This document shows positions 63,636-64,000 of a stretch of DNA of 64,000 bases, in pieces. A program made the position numbers and the translations under genes. Under the pieces are notes generated by a model, which did not search any database, was not told the origin of the DNA, and saw nothing but the letters and a program-made list of their open reading frames with translations. The stretch comes from Geosiphon pyriformis uo1 (Eukaryota > Fungi > Glomeromycota): the NCBI GenBank assembly GCA_016748015.1, contig JAAOMT010000436.1:2253037-2317036 (forward strand), given 5' to 3'. Positions within the stretch are counted from its first letter, which is position 1. Each line of letters starts with the position of its first letter.

Positions 63636-64000
63636 TTGGTCTTGTGTGTATTACAATGTTTGAGTTCTTGTTCTTCTAATGTTGTCATGTGTATGGCTTT
63701 AAGCAAGGGTTTCATCTTCAATAATTGGTATTGAGAGTTTTTTTTATTTTTAAAGATTTTAAAATTGCAAGTTAGATGGTTGTGAACTTTGTATGCAGAT
63801 TTGGCCTTGCATTCAGAGAGGAAGTTTGGTTGGCTTATGTTAAATACCAGGCATTTATGGAAAAGAACAAACTAATTCTGCATGATGGGTCTGTTCTAGT
63901 CTTGGTGTTTGGGCTTTCTTTAGTGTTTTCTGCTGGTATAGTTAAATTGTTGAATATTGCTGATGCTTTTAGTGTTAGTTTTGGTTTTTGTAATTATTGT
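63636..64000 (+). mobile_element. Continuation of the LINE C-terminal fragment from 43472
   Basis: Reads on after the TSD (..SCVLQCLSSC..LSKGFIFNNW..EEVWL..). Confidence 0.68.

Overview
Eukaryotic, AT-rich window, probably fungal; the TE proteins look Glomeromycotina-like, which is inference only. It holds one intact host gene, a 6-exon ZPR1 (30370-32210, minus strand, 478 aa when spliced), inside a deep nest of dead retroelements. There are three related non-chromodomain Ty3/gypsy LTR families, here called A, B and C, plus two interrupted LINE fragments. Family A has 4 copies: 1-6651, 7854-15539, 18072-26471 and 34422-42032. Family B has 44920-55136 plus two relics. Family C has 43473-63635 and a split older copy at 15684-28498. 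The LTRs share TGTTA...TAACA ends (some decayed), 4-bp TSDs and near-identical tRNA PBS sequences. The notable signal is a 'complex retrovirus-like' architecture. (i) Integrase is a separate ORF behind a stop after RNase H. (ii) An extra ORF3 lies next to the 3' LTR, with a TATA box about 41-47 nt upstream of its start in all three families. (iii) Family A has a UUUAAAC -1 gag-pol frameshift signal. (iv) Families B and C have a conserved, AUG-less Gag N-terminus that may start at GUG. (v) Families B and C carry Cys-rich domains between protease and RT, and B1/C1 also a dUTPase. An assembly gap covers 8736-9416.
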